Assembly (NCBI GenBank): GCA_973895155.1
Contig: OZ316891.1
Span: 30,325,112-30,389,111, forward strand
Direction of reading: 5' to 3'
Source of the DNA: Marsupella aquatica
Lineage: Eukaryota > Plantae > Marchantiophyta
DNA length: 64,000 bases
How positions within the stretch are numbered: the first letter of the stretch is position 1; every line of letters begins with the position of its first letter. Position numbers and translations under genes: made by a program. The notes below the pieces were generated by a model. That model had not been told where the DNA came from. It ran no database searches and saw nothing but the letters and a program-made list of their open reading frames with translations. Of this stretch, positions 25,632 through 39,595 are shown in pieces.

Positions 25632-28600
25632 ATGGTGTTGGCGGAGACCGTAGCTGTTAACATGCCTTCAGTCAGAGAAGAAGGGAACGGGATTTCAATA
25701 GAGTCAGAGGTCTCGATAGCCAACGGTCATTCGATGCCGCTAGTGACGAAGAATTCGGTGCCAACGACGACGACGAAGGCCAATGGATATGGGGTCAGTG
25801 CCCCAGTGTTGCTGCAGCAGCAGCAGGACAGTGTACGGGTTGTTGACCTTCGGTCAGACACAATCACCAAGCCGACACCGGCAATGCGCGCAGCAATGGC
25901 CAAAGCTCTAGTTGGCGACGATGTGGTAGGCGAGGATCCGACTGCGAACGAACTGCAGGCGGTTGCCGCTAAACTGTTCGGCAAAGACGCGGCGCTCTTC
26001 GTTCCTTCAGGCACCATGGGGAATCTCATCGCCGTTCTCGTCCATTGCGAAGTATGTATGCAACGTTCCTAATTCTTAACTGGTGTGATCATATTACCCT
26101 TTCGACGGTGGTCTTTGATGAGAACCAAATCAATGCTTCGTGATTTAAGAAACATAGATATCCGAGCTGTGTCATATGCTGGCGACTGTTTTCGATTTTC
26201 ATTAGCTTCGATTGTCATCACCTTGCAATAATTCAGCTCGGGAATCATTCCAGACTTCTCAGAGACTCTGTCAATCCTCCAAAAGCGGACTGGGCTTTAG
26301 AACTGCTCCCATCATGTGAAAACTCTTTCCGTCTAGTTTGCGAGGACTTATTTTCTCGGAAGTTCTCTCGATTTTATTTAATGTCTGTCTTGCATTGTTT
26401 AAGTTTTTCCATCCTTTGTTTATTGGGTGGTGAGCTTTTCATGAGTTACGTGGTATTGAATCCGACATAGAAAAATCCATGATTTGCCGCCTAGAATCCG
26501 ACAGCTGAATTGGGTGGTGAGGAATAAGTTTCAAAAACTAGCACCGCGACAGTGAATTCGGGTTCGTATGCGGAAGAATGATACGATTGCGTGTAATGTG
26601 ATGAATCCTTACAGACCCGTAAGTGTCTCATCGTTCTGATCATCGATGTGGTGTAGGAATTATAAGGTTTTATGTTCTGTATGAATCTTTCTGGCCAGGT
26701 TCGAGGAAGCGAGGTAATCCTCGGTTCGGAGTGCCACATTGTAAATTATGAGCAAGGGGGTATAGCCACTCTTGGGGGTGTACATTCTAAAGTTGTCAAG
26801 AACAAGGAAGATGGTACAATTGACCTGGGTGAATTGGAGGCCGCCGTTAAACCGCACGATGTTCATTTCGCAACCATTCGTCTGGTTTGCTTGGAGAACA
26901 CCCATAATAGGTGACTACGCGACAAGCTGATTTTTTCCGTTTAAGTTCTGTTCTTGTAGCACCGAAATTAACAAATTGTGTGTGTGGGGGGCGGGGCATC
27001 AGCAATATCACTTATTTGCAATTTGTTCTATCGTAAAGTAATCGTTTTAGGGCACTCTTCTAATCTTGTCTTCACTCGTATACAACAACGCTTACAACTC
27101 TTAATAAGATTGAAGATTTGAGAGAATAGAATGTTATAGCCCTTGGGATTAGTCCAATCTGACTATCAGATGATGGCAACAGATGCGGAGGAAGGGTTCT
27201 TACCGCTGAATACACGGACAAAGTTGGAGAGTTCGCAAAATATCATGGCATCAAGCTTCACATAGATGGGGCTCGTATATTCAATGCTGCTACGGTTAGT
27301 TTTAACGTCCTTGGTTCAGCTTGTACTTCATTTATCTCAAGAATTGTGCATAGTTTAAACAGATTTAAGCAGTCCAATATAGTAGTTGCTTTTAGACACG
27401 GAAAAGTTTGTGCGTGAATCTTACATTCTCCTTCACTCTTTAGGCACTTGGAGTTCCAGTTGAGAGGTTGGTGCGATCAGCTGATTCTGTGTCGGTGAGA
27501 ATTCCGCGCACTTTCATACTTGCCCCACTAATCTGCAACTTTCCTTCGCGCGACTGTGCTTTATGCTTCACAGCTTCGTATTCTTAGGTCTTTGAAGAGT
27601 TTCTTTCCCATGGGCATAATTATTTTGAAGTGTTTTAAGCTAATGTCTACGGGAAACCTGTTTGTGGCCAATGTAGTGTTAAATTTGCTACAGGATCCTG
27701 AAGCATGCCGTTCACGCTTCTTGAGCGCTCTAAATACGGTCTTTGCGCTACCCGAGTTGCTAGAAACCGTTCATTAGATGCTCGATACGGAAAAAGTCTG
27801 AACGGAAGTCATGACGTAGTCTTGTTTGTGTCGGGAAGATGACTTATTTCATTTCCTATCGCTGCTTTCAGGTATGCCTTTCGAAAGGTTTAGGCGCTCC
27901 TGTTGGGAGTGTGCTCGTTGGTTCTCATGAGTTTATCGCAAAGGTTTGTCACCAACCATTTATACCTCGTATGCCTGCGGTCGTCAGATTATAAGGTTCT
28001 ATATTGCAGATCGTTAAACACCATAGGTGAATTCCAGATTGTAACTTTGGCGCGATTTTATCATTCGGCGGAGCACAGTTTCTTACAAAATTCACGCGGA
28101 GGACATTCTTGGAATTTGAAGCTTTGATTCAGATCTTTCGGAAATGAAGCCAGCAGAAGATTGAAGCAGTATGTCGATGAAATGCATCGTCACATTATGA
28201 GAAGAAATTCGCTATTGACGCCTTCCTGAAGTATTTCTTAATTGCAGGCAACGAGAGTGAGGAAAGCATTGGGTGGTGGTATGCGGCAAATTGGAGTGTT
28301 ATGTGCCTCAGGCTTGATCTCATTGAACGACATGTCGAAGAGATTACAGGAAGATCATCGAAGTGCCCGAACTCTGGCAGGTTTGCTTCATAGCCATTCT
28401 CTAGAAGGTTAGAGCGGAATTGAACAATGAGTTCAAGGCCTTGTGAAAGTTAACATAGTTGATGCCAAATCAGCTAGAAGTCGTGAGCTGGTAAAGTTAT
28501 TTCGTGCTACCATTACTGGATTTCAAATGCTTTTGCGCAAAAGGCAGTCTCTCATATGAGGATAGACTAGAGTAGCCCTTCTTGCTTCTTACAAGCAGCT

Positions 28601-29635
28601 TCAGTTCTAATGAACCTTTGCCAATCGCAGAAGGATTGAGTAAAATTGGTGCGCTTCAAGTGGATGTTGAGGCGGTTGAATCAAACATTGTAAGCTGTTC
28701 ATTTCTTTCACGGCTTCAAGCAGTTTTACAGCAATGCTGTGGTAAACAACTCTGTATGTTGTTTTTTCGCATAAGACACTGTCAGATGACAGTCGCCCAC
28801 TTAGGATAATGCATGATGGAATTGTTGTCCACGTATCTACTTATCATGCTAACAATTACAGAGCCTGTTTGCAGGTGTTTGTTAAGATCTCTTCCCGATC
28901 TCTCCTCAGAGCAGAGGAGATTTGCGATAGTTTGAAAGGAATGGGCATTCTTTGTTGGCCATTCGAAAACACCTCGTACTGATCTCAAACTTCTTGTCCT
29001 ACACTCTCCAATATGAACGCTTATTGTACTAGTCTCCTCTGACCTGATGATGAACCTCAGCATTTGTTAGTGATGACGCTAAACTTTACTCTTTGTGTGA
29101 TAGGATTCGACTGGTCACCAGCTATCATATAACCGAAGATGACGTGGACTACGCAATTTCCTGTTTTCAGGTAACTATATTATCTCTCTCCGGCAACTGT
29201 ACAACTCTTTTCAGCAAGATGTTCGGTTTGAGTTCGTCGCAACTGTCACTTTCACTGGAAGACTGTCCTGCTACAGGAGAGTCACTGCTGTGTCCTAAAA
29301 TTCATAATACGTTGAAGGTGGTAAACTGTAAACGGCAAATGCCATTACCTCCACGAGTAATTGCTTCGAAGCTAATTTCAAAGCACACGTCATATCCAGG
29401 GGTCATAAAAATGGAAATTATGGTTCTGGTGTAGCTCAGCAGATTCCTACCTCATAGTTTGACCGTTTTAAAGATTTATGTCATTGCACTTTGCCCTATA
29501 CACAAGCATGTCTAAAATGTGTTCCTGGCTGGAAAAACTTTTGTGAGATTAGCAGTGAATTAGGAAGCTTGCAAATCGACTCATATGTTTATGTGTTCTT
29601 CCATGCAGAAGCTCTTGTTGAGCAACGCAGTGTAA
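25632..29635 (+). CDS. THA: Low-specificity L-threonine aldolase (PLP-dependent, THA1/THA2-like), about 10 exons
   Basis: Exon 1 (25632-26051) has [12 protein letters not shown]...VGDDV.GEDPT...[14 protein letters not shown]. Exon 2 (26699-26910) has LVCLENTHN. Then [10 protein letters not shown] (about 27260), the PLP-lysine motif [12 protein letters not shown] (about 27872), [12 protein letters not shown] (about 28260) and [10 protein letters not shown] (about 29104). The putative last exon 29609-29635 reads KLLLSNAV*. Confidence 0.93.
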
Positions 29636-31582
29636 GAACAGCATGAACAGCATGCAACTTTGCAGTGTGGGGCGAAAGCTCTTTCAAATGCTGCAACTTC
29701 CAAGCCGTTGAATTGGGCAGTACCTTTGGTTTACTGAACCGCTCCTGGATCCTTTTACGTAATCCAGGTGCCGGATAGAATGATGCACGGAGGCTCATTT
29801 TAAAAGGGAACCTCGCAGAATGCAGTGATCGGTACTGTACATAGGAGTAGAATTCACCGATGATTGAAATGCATTGTTTTAGGCTTATCATCCTTCGGTT
29901 TGTTGACTGGTTGTAATGTGCATAGGGCTTCAAAATCATATTCATTTTGTTTGAATCTTTGTCTTGTGCTCTGGACTAGCTCAGAGATTGTTCTCTAAGA
30001 GCAAAGATTTAAACGGGATGGGGGAAGACTTTCGTTAACAAATCTCGACCAGATGAGTACAATTATGGTGATGTAAACCGAGTTTCTTGTGTTTCTCAAC
30101 ACCAGTTACGGGAGGAATCTTTTCAATTTTGCTGTTCGTAATTAAGTTTCCATAACCCTCCGTTCTAGAAACCAGGTCCTCCGTTACACTAAACACAACG
30201 TACGTGAGTGAGCATGAGAAGCATTCTATTTCTGATGTTATGGCGCCTGGAGTCACGCAATTTAGGAAGCTCCAAAACCCACGCTAGTCTCCCACTGCCT
30301 CCCGAGTCTGGCTTGCCTCCAAATCGCGGTCTACTGTAGCTTAATCGTAGGTCGTTTCGGTAGGTTTCTCCTCACACTTAATTTGCATAATTATCTTTAC
30401 TAACACTATTGAGTAGCTCTTTCGTGTCAGGTAAAGCCCTCCGCGGAAGGAGGTCTAATGAATGCTTTGAGCTCCCACGGTCTATCATATGGGTGAACTC
30501 CAAGACGAAGTGCTGTACAATGCTTGTGTCCTACCGAATTTACAATTGAAATCTCACATTCCATACATCATGTATTGAATGTGTGGTTTCAATTGTGAAT
30601 TCAATCTTGCACTCGTAACTTACTTTCTCCTGTCATGAGTAACGTGAACGACCTTCCCCATTCGCTACAAGACCCGTGACAGAACTTTAAACTGTAACAG
30701 CGCTCATTATACATCCATTTTTGCCACATCTGTTCTTGACAAAATCTTCAATTTACAACTCACAAATCAGGAGAACCCCAACATTTAGCCTCAAGTTCAA
30801 ATCCTGGCTGGAAGGTAATTCCAATCCAAGGTCGTCGTAACTCGAAGATTCTGGCAAGTTCTTGGAAATTGTAAGCCAATATACAATGTAAAAGCATAAA
30901 CTCAACAATGAAATTCGTCTTCTGCTTTGAGAGAAGAACTTAATATACACTACCGACCATGCCCAAGCATTCGCCGTCTTGCCTCGCCTTTCCCTCGTGA
31001 CAATGTTAATTTTCACCAAAATCAGTTTCCTTGCAGACTATTGACCCAGAAGTGCGGTCCTAGAGGTTTCCTTGCCCTACATCCATCCATGCTTTCCATT
31101 TCCTCTGAGAAATCCGCAGAACAAAATCTGCTGTCAACCCTCGCTTGGTCTGACCTGGTCTGCTCTGCTTTACCCTCTCCTTCCGAACGCCACTACTGTG
31201 CTGCCTACACTCATATCAGTAATCCAATGGCCAATTGAATTGTTCCTGTCTGCCACCATGTCGTTAATATCAAATTTGAGATTTTTGCAATCATCCCATG
31301 CGCATCCTAAGTGTTGCGGATCAGTTGAATACTTGATTGTTGCTTGCTTCACTCCATGGGCAGAATCCGGATTACCTCGCTCTCCTCTTTACAACCCTGA
31401 TGCTCAACTTGCTACTACTACTACTCTCGTACTCCTGGCCCAGTGGGACATTCAATTATATGCGCCTACCACCTGTTCGAGAGCTACAATGACCTGAGTA
31501 CTGCAATAGCATTGCTGGCCCAGCGGAGCATCGATTCAATTGCCCATCATGACCTTTTCGAGAGCTGCTTCACGGAATCGTA

Positions 31583-32551
31583 CTAGTAACCGAGTGGAGC
31601 ACCGCCGACGGTCTGGAAGGACTCGTGCAAATGCCTTAACATGTTCTGATCTCTGGCCCAGTCTGAAGGCCCGGCTTTGACAAAATGGGCATACAGTTTG
31701 TTCTTAGCACAGGTGACAGAAACGAGAACATTGGCAACAGGGCTCTGAATCTCATAATCATAATACTGTTGCCCACTCGAATCTTTTCGATCAGTAGATT
31801 TAATGTTCCCATCTGCATAGGCAATTATATCCTGCAAGACCGGGTCCGAGAGAGCCAAATTGTCGAGCACCTTGTCGATCGGGGCCAGCGCCCTGAGGCC
31901 AGCGAGGTAGGTGACATAAACCTTCTCTTCCTTGTGTCTAGGGTTGTCGAACTCTGCATCCGTTCCGTTCGTGCCCTTCTCAATTTTGGTGATGGTCTTC
32001 TCCTTCCAACCTTCTGGGTACTCGAAGATGTACTCTGCGGTAGTCTGTTTGTTGCTGTTGCCGCCATAGCCCCCATAGCTGGAGGCGCTGGCTGCTGTGC
32101 CATAGTAGGGCTTGAATTCCGTCCCCACATCTGCAGCTGCGGGTCCTGCGGATGAGAAAGTGAGGAAGAGGAGGAGAGCTGCTCCGATGATGCCAGCTGC
32201 AATCCCCTCCAGTTTTTCCCCTTCTCTTCCCAGAGAGCAATCCTCCAAGTAAGTCAGAATCGAGAGCATAGATTTCTCTCGGAGCCATCCGATCACGCCA
32301 GCTGTGTCGTTCGCGACTGCAGATTCTCCTCCTTGCCATCGTCCTCCTGCTGCTGCTCCTGCTGAAGTGCCTGTTCCATTCCTGGGGCCAGCTGCAGCTC
32401 TACATATTTGCAACCCAGCCAGGACTCTCATTCGATGGTCGAATCCCAAATTCAAGCGCCCATTGTTCACACCCGGACAAATCCTGCTTCTAGTACTGGG
32501 AGGTGGGGGTGCGGTCGCTGCCAGCACGGTACTCGCCATTGCCATGGCCAT
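31583..32551 (-). CDS. Thylakoid lumenal 19 kDa protein (TL19, PsbP/Mog1-like fold) with bipartite transit peptide, intronless
   Basis: YYGTAASASSYGGYGGNS...AEYIFEYPEGWKE...EKGTNGTD...VTCAKNKLYAHFV matches the plant TL19 family. An Ala/Ser-rich transit peptide is followed by a hydrophobic stretch ending in an AxA-type cleavage site. Confidence 0.9.
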   Translation of the reverse strand: MAMAMASTVLAATAPPPPSTRSRICPGVNNGRLNLGFDHRMRVLAGLQICRAAAGPRNGTGTSAGAAAGGRWQGGESAVANDTAGVIGWLREKSMLSILTYLEDCSLGREGEKLEGIAAGIIGAALLLFLTFSSAGPAAADVGTEFKPYYGTAASASSYGGYGGNSNKQTTAEYIFEYPEGWKEKTITKIEKGTNGTDAEFDNPRHKEEKVYVTYLAGLRALAPIDKVLDNLALSDPVLQDIIAYADGNIKSTDRKDSSGQQYYDYEIQSPVANVLVSVTCAKNKLYAHFVKAGPSDWARDQNMLRHLHESFQTVGGAPLGY

Positions 32552-32744
32552 TGCTAAGCGACCTTTGCCAAAGCTCTATTCCAGAAATTGATCTTTCCCG
32601 CCCACCCCAACAAGAAGCCTGTGGTCCGCCCTCTCCAGTCCAGCCCAATCAACTACTATAGCTCCACCATCTCCGAATGAACACTATCTCTGCAGCAGCT
32701 TCACCTGGCAGATGAAAGAGCGTTCAATCTGACTGCCTCCTCCT

Positions 32745-32746
<2 letters not shown>

Positions 32747-32805
<59 letters not shown>
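32747..32805 (+). repeat. (CT)n microsatellite upstream of the TL19-like gene
   Basis: Direct reading. Confidence 0.97.
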
Positions 32806-32808
<3 letters not shown>

Positions 32809-33264
32809 GAATAGGTACCAGCAATGAGCTCTGTGGGAAAAAATTCGATTCCTCGATTTGATCTTTTCCAACTGCGGGCATGCACAGAGATCAGACTACA
32901 ATCATCTCAATTGGGGTTCTTCAAGTTTGCAACTCTATCAGTTCGTCACTACCTCTCTGGAACCAATCTTTCCCAATCCATCTGAAGTCTGGAGTTGCGC
33001 TTTTTTAATCCAATCTCTCCCTGTGGAGTCTAGTCAGAGCGTAGCAATCCCGTTATCCTGCCCAACCAGTTACTGGCCTTGTGCACGGGAAACTGGAGAG
33101 CTTTCAATCCAATCAGTCATCCGGATCCCTGTCCGAGCCATCCGCTGGCCGATCAGGGCAGCCTTACGGTACTGTTCTACGATTGACACCTTTGCAGTGT
33201 AATCCTTCCAAGCTCCCAGTCACACACACTGCCTACTGGAGTCCTCTCGACTAAGAGCATCTCG

Positions 33265-34295
33265 AACCTATTGGGTTTTTGTTATTGTAGGGGGGTAGAA
33301 AATGCCAGAAATTAGGTTCAACCCGGGTTTTGTTATTATAAGAGCCTCTCCAAGGGTTACTGGGTTGGTCTACTCTTGCTATGTTGACCACAATGCCAGA
33401 ATCCAGGTAAACCTGGGGTTTTGTTATTATAAGAGCCTGTCAACCTATTGGGTTTTTGTTATTGTAGGGGGGTAGAAAATACCAGAAATCAGGTTCAACC
33501 CGGGTTTTGTTATTATAAGAGCCTCTCCAAGGGTTACTGGGTTGGTCTACTCTTGCTATGTTGACCACAATGCCAGAATCCAGGTAAACCTGGGGTTTTG
33601 TTATTATAAGAGCCTCTCAACCTATTGGGTTTTTGTTATTGTAGGGGGGTAGAAAACACCAGAAATCAGGTTCAACCCGGGTTTTGTTATTATAAGAGCC
33701 TCTCCAAGGGTTACTGGGTTGGTCTACTCTTGCTATGTTGACCACAATACCAGAGTACAGGTAAACCCGGGGTTTTAGTATTACAAAGAGCCTCTCCAAG
33801 GGTTACTGGGTTGGTCTACTCTTGCTGAGTTGACCACAATGCCAGAATCCAGGTAAACCCGCGGTTTTGTTATTATAAGAGCCTCTCCAACCTATGAGAG
33901 ATATGCTTAGTAGACCTCCTTCTGGAAAAAGTTTGCTTAATCAACCCCCTCCATACTTTTCCCCAATCTGGACCGTTGGTGGACCTTTTGATCTCAGATC
34001 TGGACAGTTGATAAACCTCAGGGGGTAAATCAAGTAACAAGTTTCACTTTGGGGGTCTATCAAGCAAATACCTCCCAACCTATTGGGTTTTTGTTATTGT
34101 AGGGGGGTAGAAAATGCCAGAAATCAGGTTCAACCCGGGTTTTGTTATTATAGGAGCCTCTCCAAGGGTTACTGGGTTGGTCTACTCTTGCTATGTTGAC
34201 CAGAATACCAGAATACAGGTCAACCCAGGGTTTTGTTATTACAACGAGCCTCTCCAAGGGTTACTGGGTTGGTCTACTCTTGCTATGTTGACCAA
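33265..34295 (+). repeat. 177-bp tandem repeat array (3 full units plus partial units)
   Basis: Units start with AACCTATTGGGTTTTTG at 33265, 33442, 33619 and 34077. Confidence 0.92.
33896..34074. mobile_element. Mutator-like MITE inserted in the 177-bp array
   Basis: 9-bp TSD CCAACCTAT (33887-33895 and 34075-34083). Imperfect TIRs GAGAGATATGCTTAGTAGACC / GGTCTATCAAGCAAATACCTC. Confidence 0.75.
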
Positions 34296-34410
34296 ACCCA
34301 GTAATATTGAACAAAAAAGGCAATCCCAATGGGTTACGGGGAACACTATTCACCATTCAGTTGTGAGCTTACATGGTTTTTGGTTAAATACTGGATCTGT
34401 ATATGAGGTG

Positions 34411-34826
34411 CTGTATAGCGCATTGACTGAACACATGATTTCTTTCTGGGTTCTCATCTAATCACTAGTATCCAGCAGTGCCTAAGTATGCCAGAAGGTA
34501 CTAAAAACCCAGTAATCATAGGGCTTGCATTTTGACATATCATCCTTGCCATATACAATATACTTAAACAACAACAACTTAGTTTTTACGTTGTATTTAA
34601 TATATACAGTAACAAAATAGTCTGTATAGCGCATTGACTAAACACATGATTCATTTTTGGGTTCTCACCTAATCACTAGTATCCAGCAGTGCCTAAGTAT
34701 GCCTGAAGGTACTAAAACCCAGTAACCATAGGGCTTGCATTTTGACATATCATCCTTGCCATATACAATATACTTAAAAAACAACAACTTTTTACGTTGT
34801 ATTTAATATAGACAGTAACAAAATAG
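34411..34826 (+). repeat. About 210-bp direct tandem duplication
   Basis: CTGTATAGCGCATTGACT...TTTTACGTTGTATTTAATATA appears at 34411 and 34622. Confidence 0.9.
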
Positions 34827-37800
34827 TGTACACCATTGAAGATGCTCTAAGGGGGTTTTGACCAACCTAGTAAAGAAATTGCAAGAAATCAAGTCCAACC
34901 CACTCACCCAAAAGCTATCCAGGTTACAGGAACTGGGTCTTTTTGTTACTAGATCTGTTTGTTGAAGAGATTCTACCGCAGCTAACTTTCCATTTGGGTG
35001 TTTTTGGGTTTTCAAATCTATGATCGTCACCTGCTGATACGCGCTATTTAGTGAAATTATCCGGTCAAGGTTGGGGTTGCTTTCATTGAACTAAAAATAG
35101 GACATTGTCAAACTGGGTATCTACTGTACCCACTAAGCAAATCCCTGTTGGGCTGGAGATGCTCTAAGTAAACTGGGAAAGGGACCAATTTACTGAAAAA
35201 AGGGCCAAACAAGTACAAAGGGCAAAAGATGTAAGAGAGGACAAACATCAAAGGACCAAAGATGTAAGAGAGGGCAAATGCAAAACCCCCAAATGAAGAA
35301 GGTAAGAAATAATGTGACAATTTGATGTTCACATTCATTGTAGGAACAGTAAGTCTCCAAGTGGACCTAGATGTACTCTTAGTAGGGCAGCCTTGGTTGA
35401 GGAGTAGTAGTTCCCACTGGTAGAGGTACACAAGGAATCACTTGGGCTTGAGCATGCTGTATGATCACCAAAATCCACCAATTAAAGTTTGTCATAAAAT
35501 AGTGATGGTCCTTTGGAGCCATTCAGTCCATGAATGTCTCGAACTGTCTATTGAAGGAACTCATCAAATTGATGATGGAGTCATCAAAATATCTTGATAG
35601 CAAACGGGAATATGTTCGCTAATGACCCCCCCTACTGAATGTTTCTTATCTTTTGTCATTGCCACTCAACATGCTGCCCTTGCCTGTTATGCACACTATT
35701 TGATGGTGTTCTGCCAGGCACAAAGGGCTCACTACCACAACATCAACCAAGGTATGTTTGCCATCTCAGACCATGGTAAGACCAGCCCCTCACCTGTAGG
35801 GTGGAGGACTGGGAAAAACAAGCACCACATCCCACCTTACTTGTACCAACATCTGGGAGAGGACTGAGCAATAGTGTCCTTCATGTCATCATAAACTTAC
35901 AACTATGCTCTCTCCACCTATTCTGAGAGATATACTTAGTGGACCTCTTGACAAACTTTTTTATCTAAGTGATGCCCTAAGTGATGGACCAAAATATGCA
36001 TATTCTCTCCCAGTGGACCCACTTTTTCATATTCTCTCCTAGTGGACCTCTGGGCCCACTCTGTAGAGCCATGTTCTTGCAAGTGCTCTACCACACAGTT
36101 TGGGCTTACCATGTACTGTAGTTGTATCATTTTTTCTGGTCCTGTGTACTTACTGCAAAGGATAACTGTGCAGTCCATGGAGTACCCAAGCTCCGTAGCC
36201 GTTGGCTGCATTGGAGCATAGAAGTGTCGTAGCACTCCGGGCTTCAGGCTTCTTGAATGCATTCTGGCCCTTGTATTCAAACTACAAAGGAAGTGGTTCA
36301 TGGTAGCATTGGAGCATGCAAGCATTGTTGCGCCCCAGCTTCCCAACTTGGTTGTATTAAACCACATTTTATGCATACAATGTGCATATTGTTATACAAA
36401 TTGCAAAGGAATTTTGAAATTCAAATATGCCCACCGTATATGAAATTTTCTGGGAACCTGTTTTGTTCCAGGCATTGTGTTTAGGTTAATTTGATCAATG
36501 TTTTCTTGTGTTAGTTGTTCTTGTTGTTTGTGCTCATGTAGATTGATTTCAGTTGATGATCTGCAGATATCATCTACATAATTATGCAAAGGCCGAAATA
36601 TACCTTGCATATGTAGGTAGGTATGTTGAGATCATGATTTCATACGTGTACTATATATGAGTAATTAGAATTTTGTGTGCAAGGGATAGTTATGTCTTAG
36701 TTTGTGGTGGCTTGAAAGACCATCTCTCGATGTTGAGCCTTTCAAGCAAAGCTCTGGCAGCTATGGTGTGGCTTGCCAGATGTTGTGTGTATGATGCGGA
36801 TTCCTTGAAGCACAAGGTGCATTTGGCTTGACTTATGGATGTGATTGCATTGGACGGGATCGTGGGTGCATCATTGGTACAGATTGTTGTTTGATTGTGA
36901 GCTGATTATGTGGGTTTTGTGCATGTGGGGACATGACTTCCACTTGCATTCCATTCTCTTTTTTGTTTGTGATGTTTGTGTGCCCATGATTGGATGTGTT
37001 TTGACAATTGATGTGTATGCACACAACAATTGTGTGATGGTTTGCTTGCCCAGCACAAATGAGAGTGTGATGATGTCACAGGTTCACTTGTTTAAGGGTT
37101 TTGGGTATGTGTTTGTATTACTGGACCATTAGTACGATATGTTTGTGTCATATTTTGTTAAGCAAGGAGCAGTGACTATCTTGCCTACAAGGAACTACTA
37201 CTTGTCAGAAATTTGGTTCATATGATACTATAAAAATGTTCTTCACTTTAAAGTTGAAAGTTGTATTGTTGCAATGTACCAACAGTTGGCCTCACTATGC
37301 TTTTTTACTGCTTCTAGAGTATAAGAAGGCTGCAAAATAATTTATGTACTGTAAGACTCTTAAGTAAAAATGGATCTCTTGACCTACTCCTGTACTTATA
37401 CAAAAAGTAGTGCTTTAGGAGCATCACAATCTGACTGGCCTTCAAATATGTGTGTCCAAACCCTGCCTGCGTTCACCAGAGATGACTCTCCTTTAACTTG
37501 ATTACTGGAACTTGAACATGATGCCACAACATCATCTTCCAGACACAAAATTGCATTCTCAAACACAGCATCGTCATCTTGCAAAATCAAATGAAACTTG
37601 AACACAACACCCATGACACTCTATTTGAATAAAGCACCCTATGGTTCATTATCCCAATACAGCGCCCCTGTGTTTGGGGGACGAGCAGCTATCACACTAG
37701 CTACATCAATTTAAAATTAAAAAACAAGCACAAATAGGATTTGCAACACTTTTGAGTGACATTTGAGTGAGAGCAATCAAGGAAATAGTCTCTGAAAGGT

Positions 37801-38115
37801 CCAGCAGTGCTCTTGGTAAAACTCGGTACCCATTGTACTGTACTCACTTTAAACCCATGGCGGGCTAATGTCAGTCCAGCTAAGATGATTTTCATCTTTG
37901 GGGCTCGTGAATAAGGAGGCACGTCCCAAACTAAGCTCTATCCCAAATCTTTTTAATCCAACTGATTTTCCGAGGAATTGCACATCATGCTCAGAATACA
38001 GAATGTTGTAGGCTAAATTGTTTTCATCAATCCATTTCATGACCAGCCCAATTATGACAGGCTTGACCACGAAAGTTGTCTATTCTAACATCAGTCTTAT
38101 TTATGTGACGCCATT

Positions 38116-38216
38116 TGACTTTACAGTCACTCATATGTCAACGTAAGACACTAAAGCATTGCCGCGATATGACTTTACAGTCACTTATATGTCAACATAA
38201 GACACTAAAGCATTGC
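38116..38216 (+). repeat. Short direct duplication (about 54-bp unit x2)
   Basis: TGACTTTACAGTCACT.ATATGTCAAC.TAAGACACTAAAGCATTGC occurs twice. Confidence 0.85.
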
Positions 38217-39595
38217 ATGCAAGAATCGTAAACAAGTGCTGGTTTCCAATCTATCTACATATGCAAGGTAGAATTTGGAGGGGACCTCGCAATAAATCAG
38301 TACTCTGAAAGATGTATGTATCTTGGAAATTGTCTGAGGACCATGGAAGTGGTCAAGTTCACCGCTACATGTGACATACTAGTTCAAAGCCAACCCCTCA
38401 TGGAAAAGCATTTCAAGCCTCCAACCTCGACCAATACATGCATCCCACGGCATGCTGGTTGCGCTATGAAGTAAATACAAAGGAGAATACCGGCAATGTG
38501 AATAATGTACCCATTACACTTATATTTCCCCAAAAAACATCACACAGGCTAAATCGGGAACTTTTCCAAAATCACCCTCCAGCTTTTGGGCATAGAAATC
38601 AGTAGTGTATGAGAGCATTAGTCTATGAAGGCAAGCAAAACGAACATGCATAAGACGAAATGGAACAGCTGAAGGATTTGGAGAGAAGAATATAAAAAGG
38701 ATTGGTTTATCATTACACATCTGGTCGCATATGTAAATCCACTCAATAGACAACAGAACTGACTATTTCATCAAAGAAAACTACTGGCACACAGTGCTTA
38801 TTCTACAAATTGTGCAGGCCCCAAACGTCTTTGCAAGGTCATCGGCACAGAAAAAGTCTACTCACACGATGCTAATAACAAACAATGTGTAGACCATAGA
38901 TTGAGGTCGGGCCCTTTCCGGACAGATATTCCTGTCTTCCAATATTGAGTGCTCCCACTCTGATACCTGGTTTAAATAGTCTACAAAGACGACAGAAATT
39001 GTGTCTTAAGATCGTTTAAAAGTTTTTTTTGACTGGAGGCTCAAGGCTTGAGCGTCGATCCACATACATGTTATGAGAGCTAAATGTGGACTGCCCACGA
39101 ATGTCACAACGTTTGCTCGCCTTACCGAGCAACGATTCCAATTCCAAAACATATAGAGTCTCGTTCCTAAGCCCCCACAACCTCTTCCATGCATTGACTT
39201 ATAGCCGCGGCTGTTGCAAATGAACTAACCACAAAAAATACCTACAAGGCCCGGTCAGAACCTCGTGTCCTTCTTCCGACTGCCTGTGGAACTCTTCCTT
39301 TAAAAGATACCTCCTCTATGGTAGATCACCATACCCTGCTCATGTGCTGCACCTTAAATATATAAAGGACAAAGTACTTCACGTAAAAATTTGGGACATA
39401 AGACTCACGTAACTTGCGTGTCAGGGGATAACCTGTAATGAAGTGATCAATTCAGAAGAGCAACCACCTCAGGATATCCACGAGAAGCACTGGAGCCAAA
39501 ACACTTGAATAAACGTGGACAGCCATGTTCTATCCTGCTCATCTTCAGCTCTGTGCATGTGTTGAATCCTTCAGGCTAGAATGATCGCCGTCCAT

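Larger units (their letters stand above)
33255..35164. mobile_element. Non-autonomous PIF/Harbinger-type element containing internal tandem repeats
   Basis: TAA|GAGCATCTCGAA ... GGAGATGCTC|TAA (3-bp TAA TSD). A second right end, GAAGATGCTC|TAA, lies at 34847. Confidence 0.7.

Noticed and set aside
35500-37700. Short ORFs possibly from a transposase
   Set aside because: No catalytic or family motifs could be recognised.
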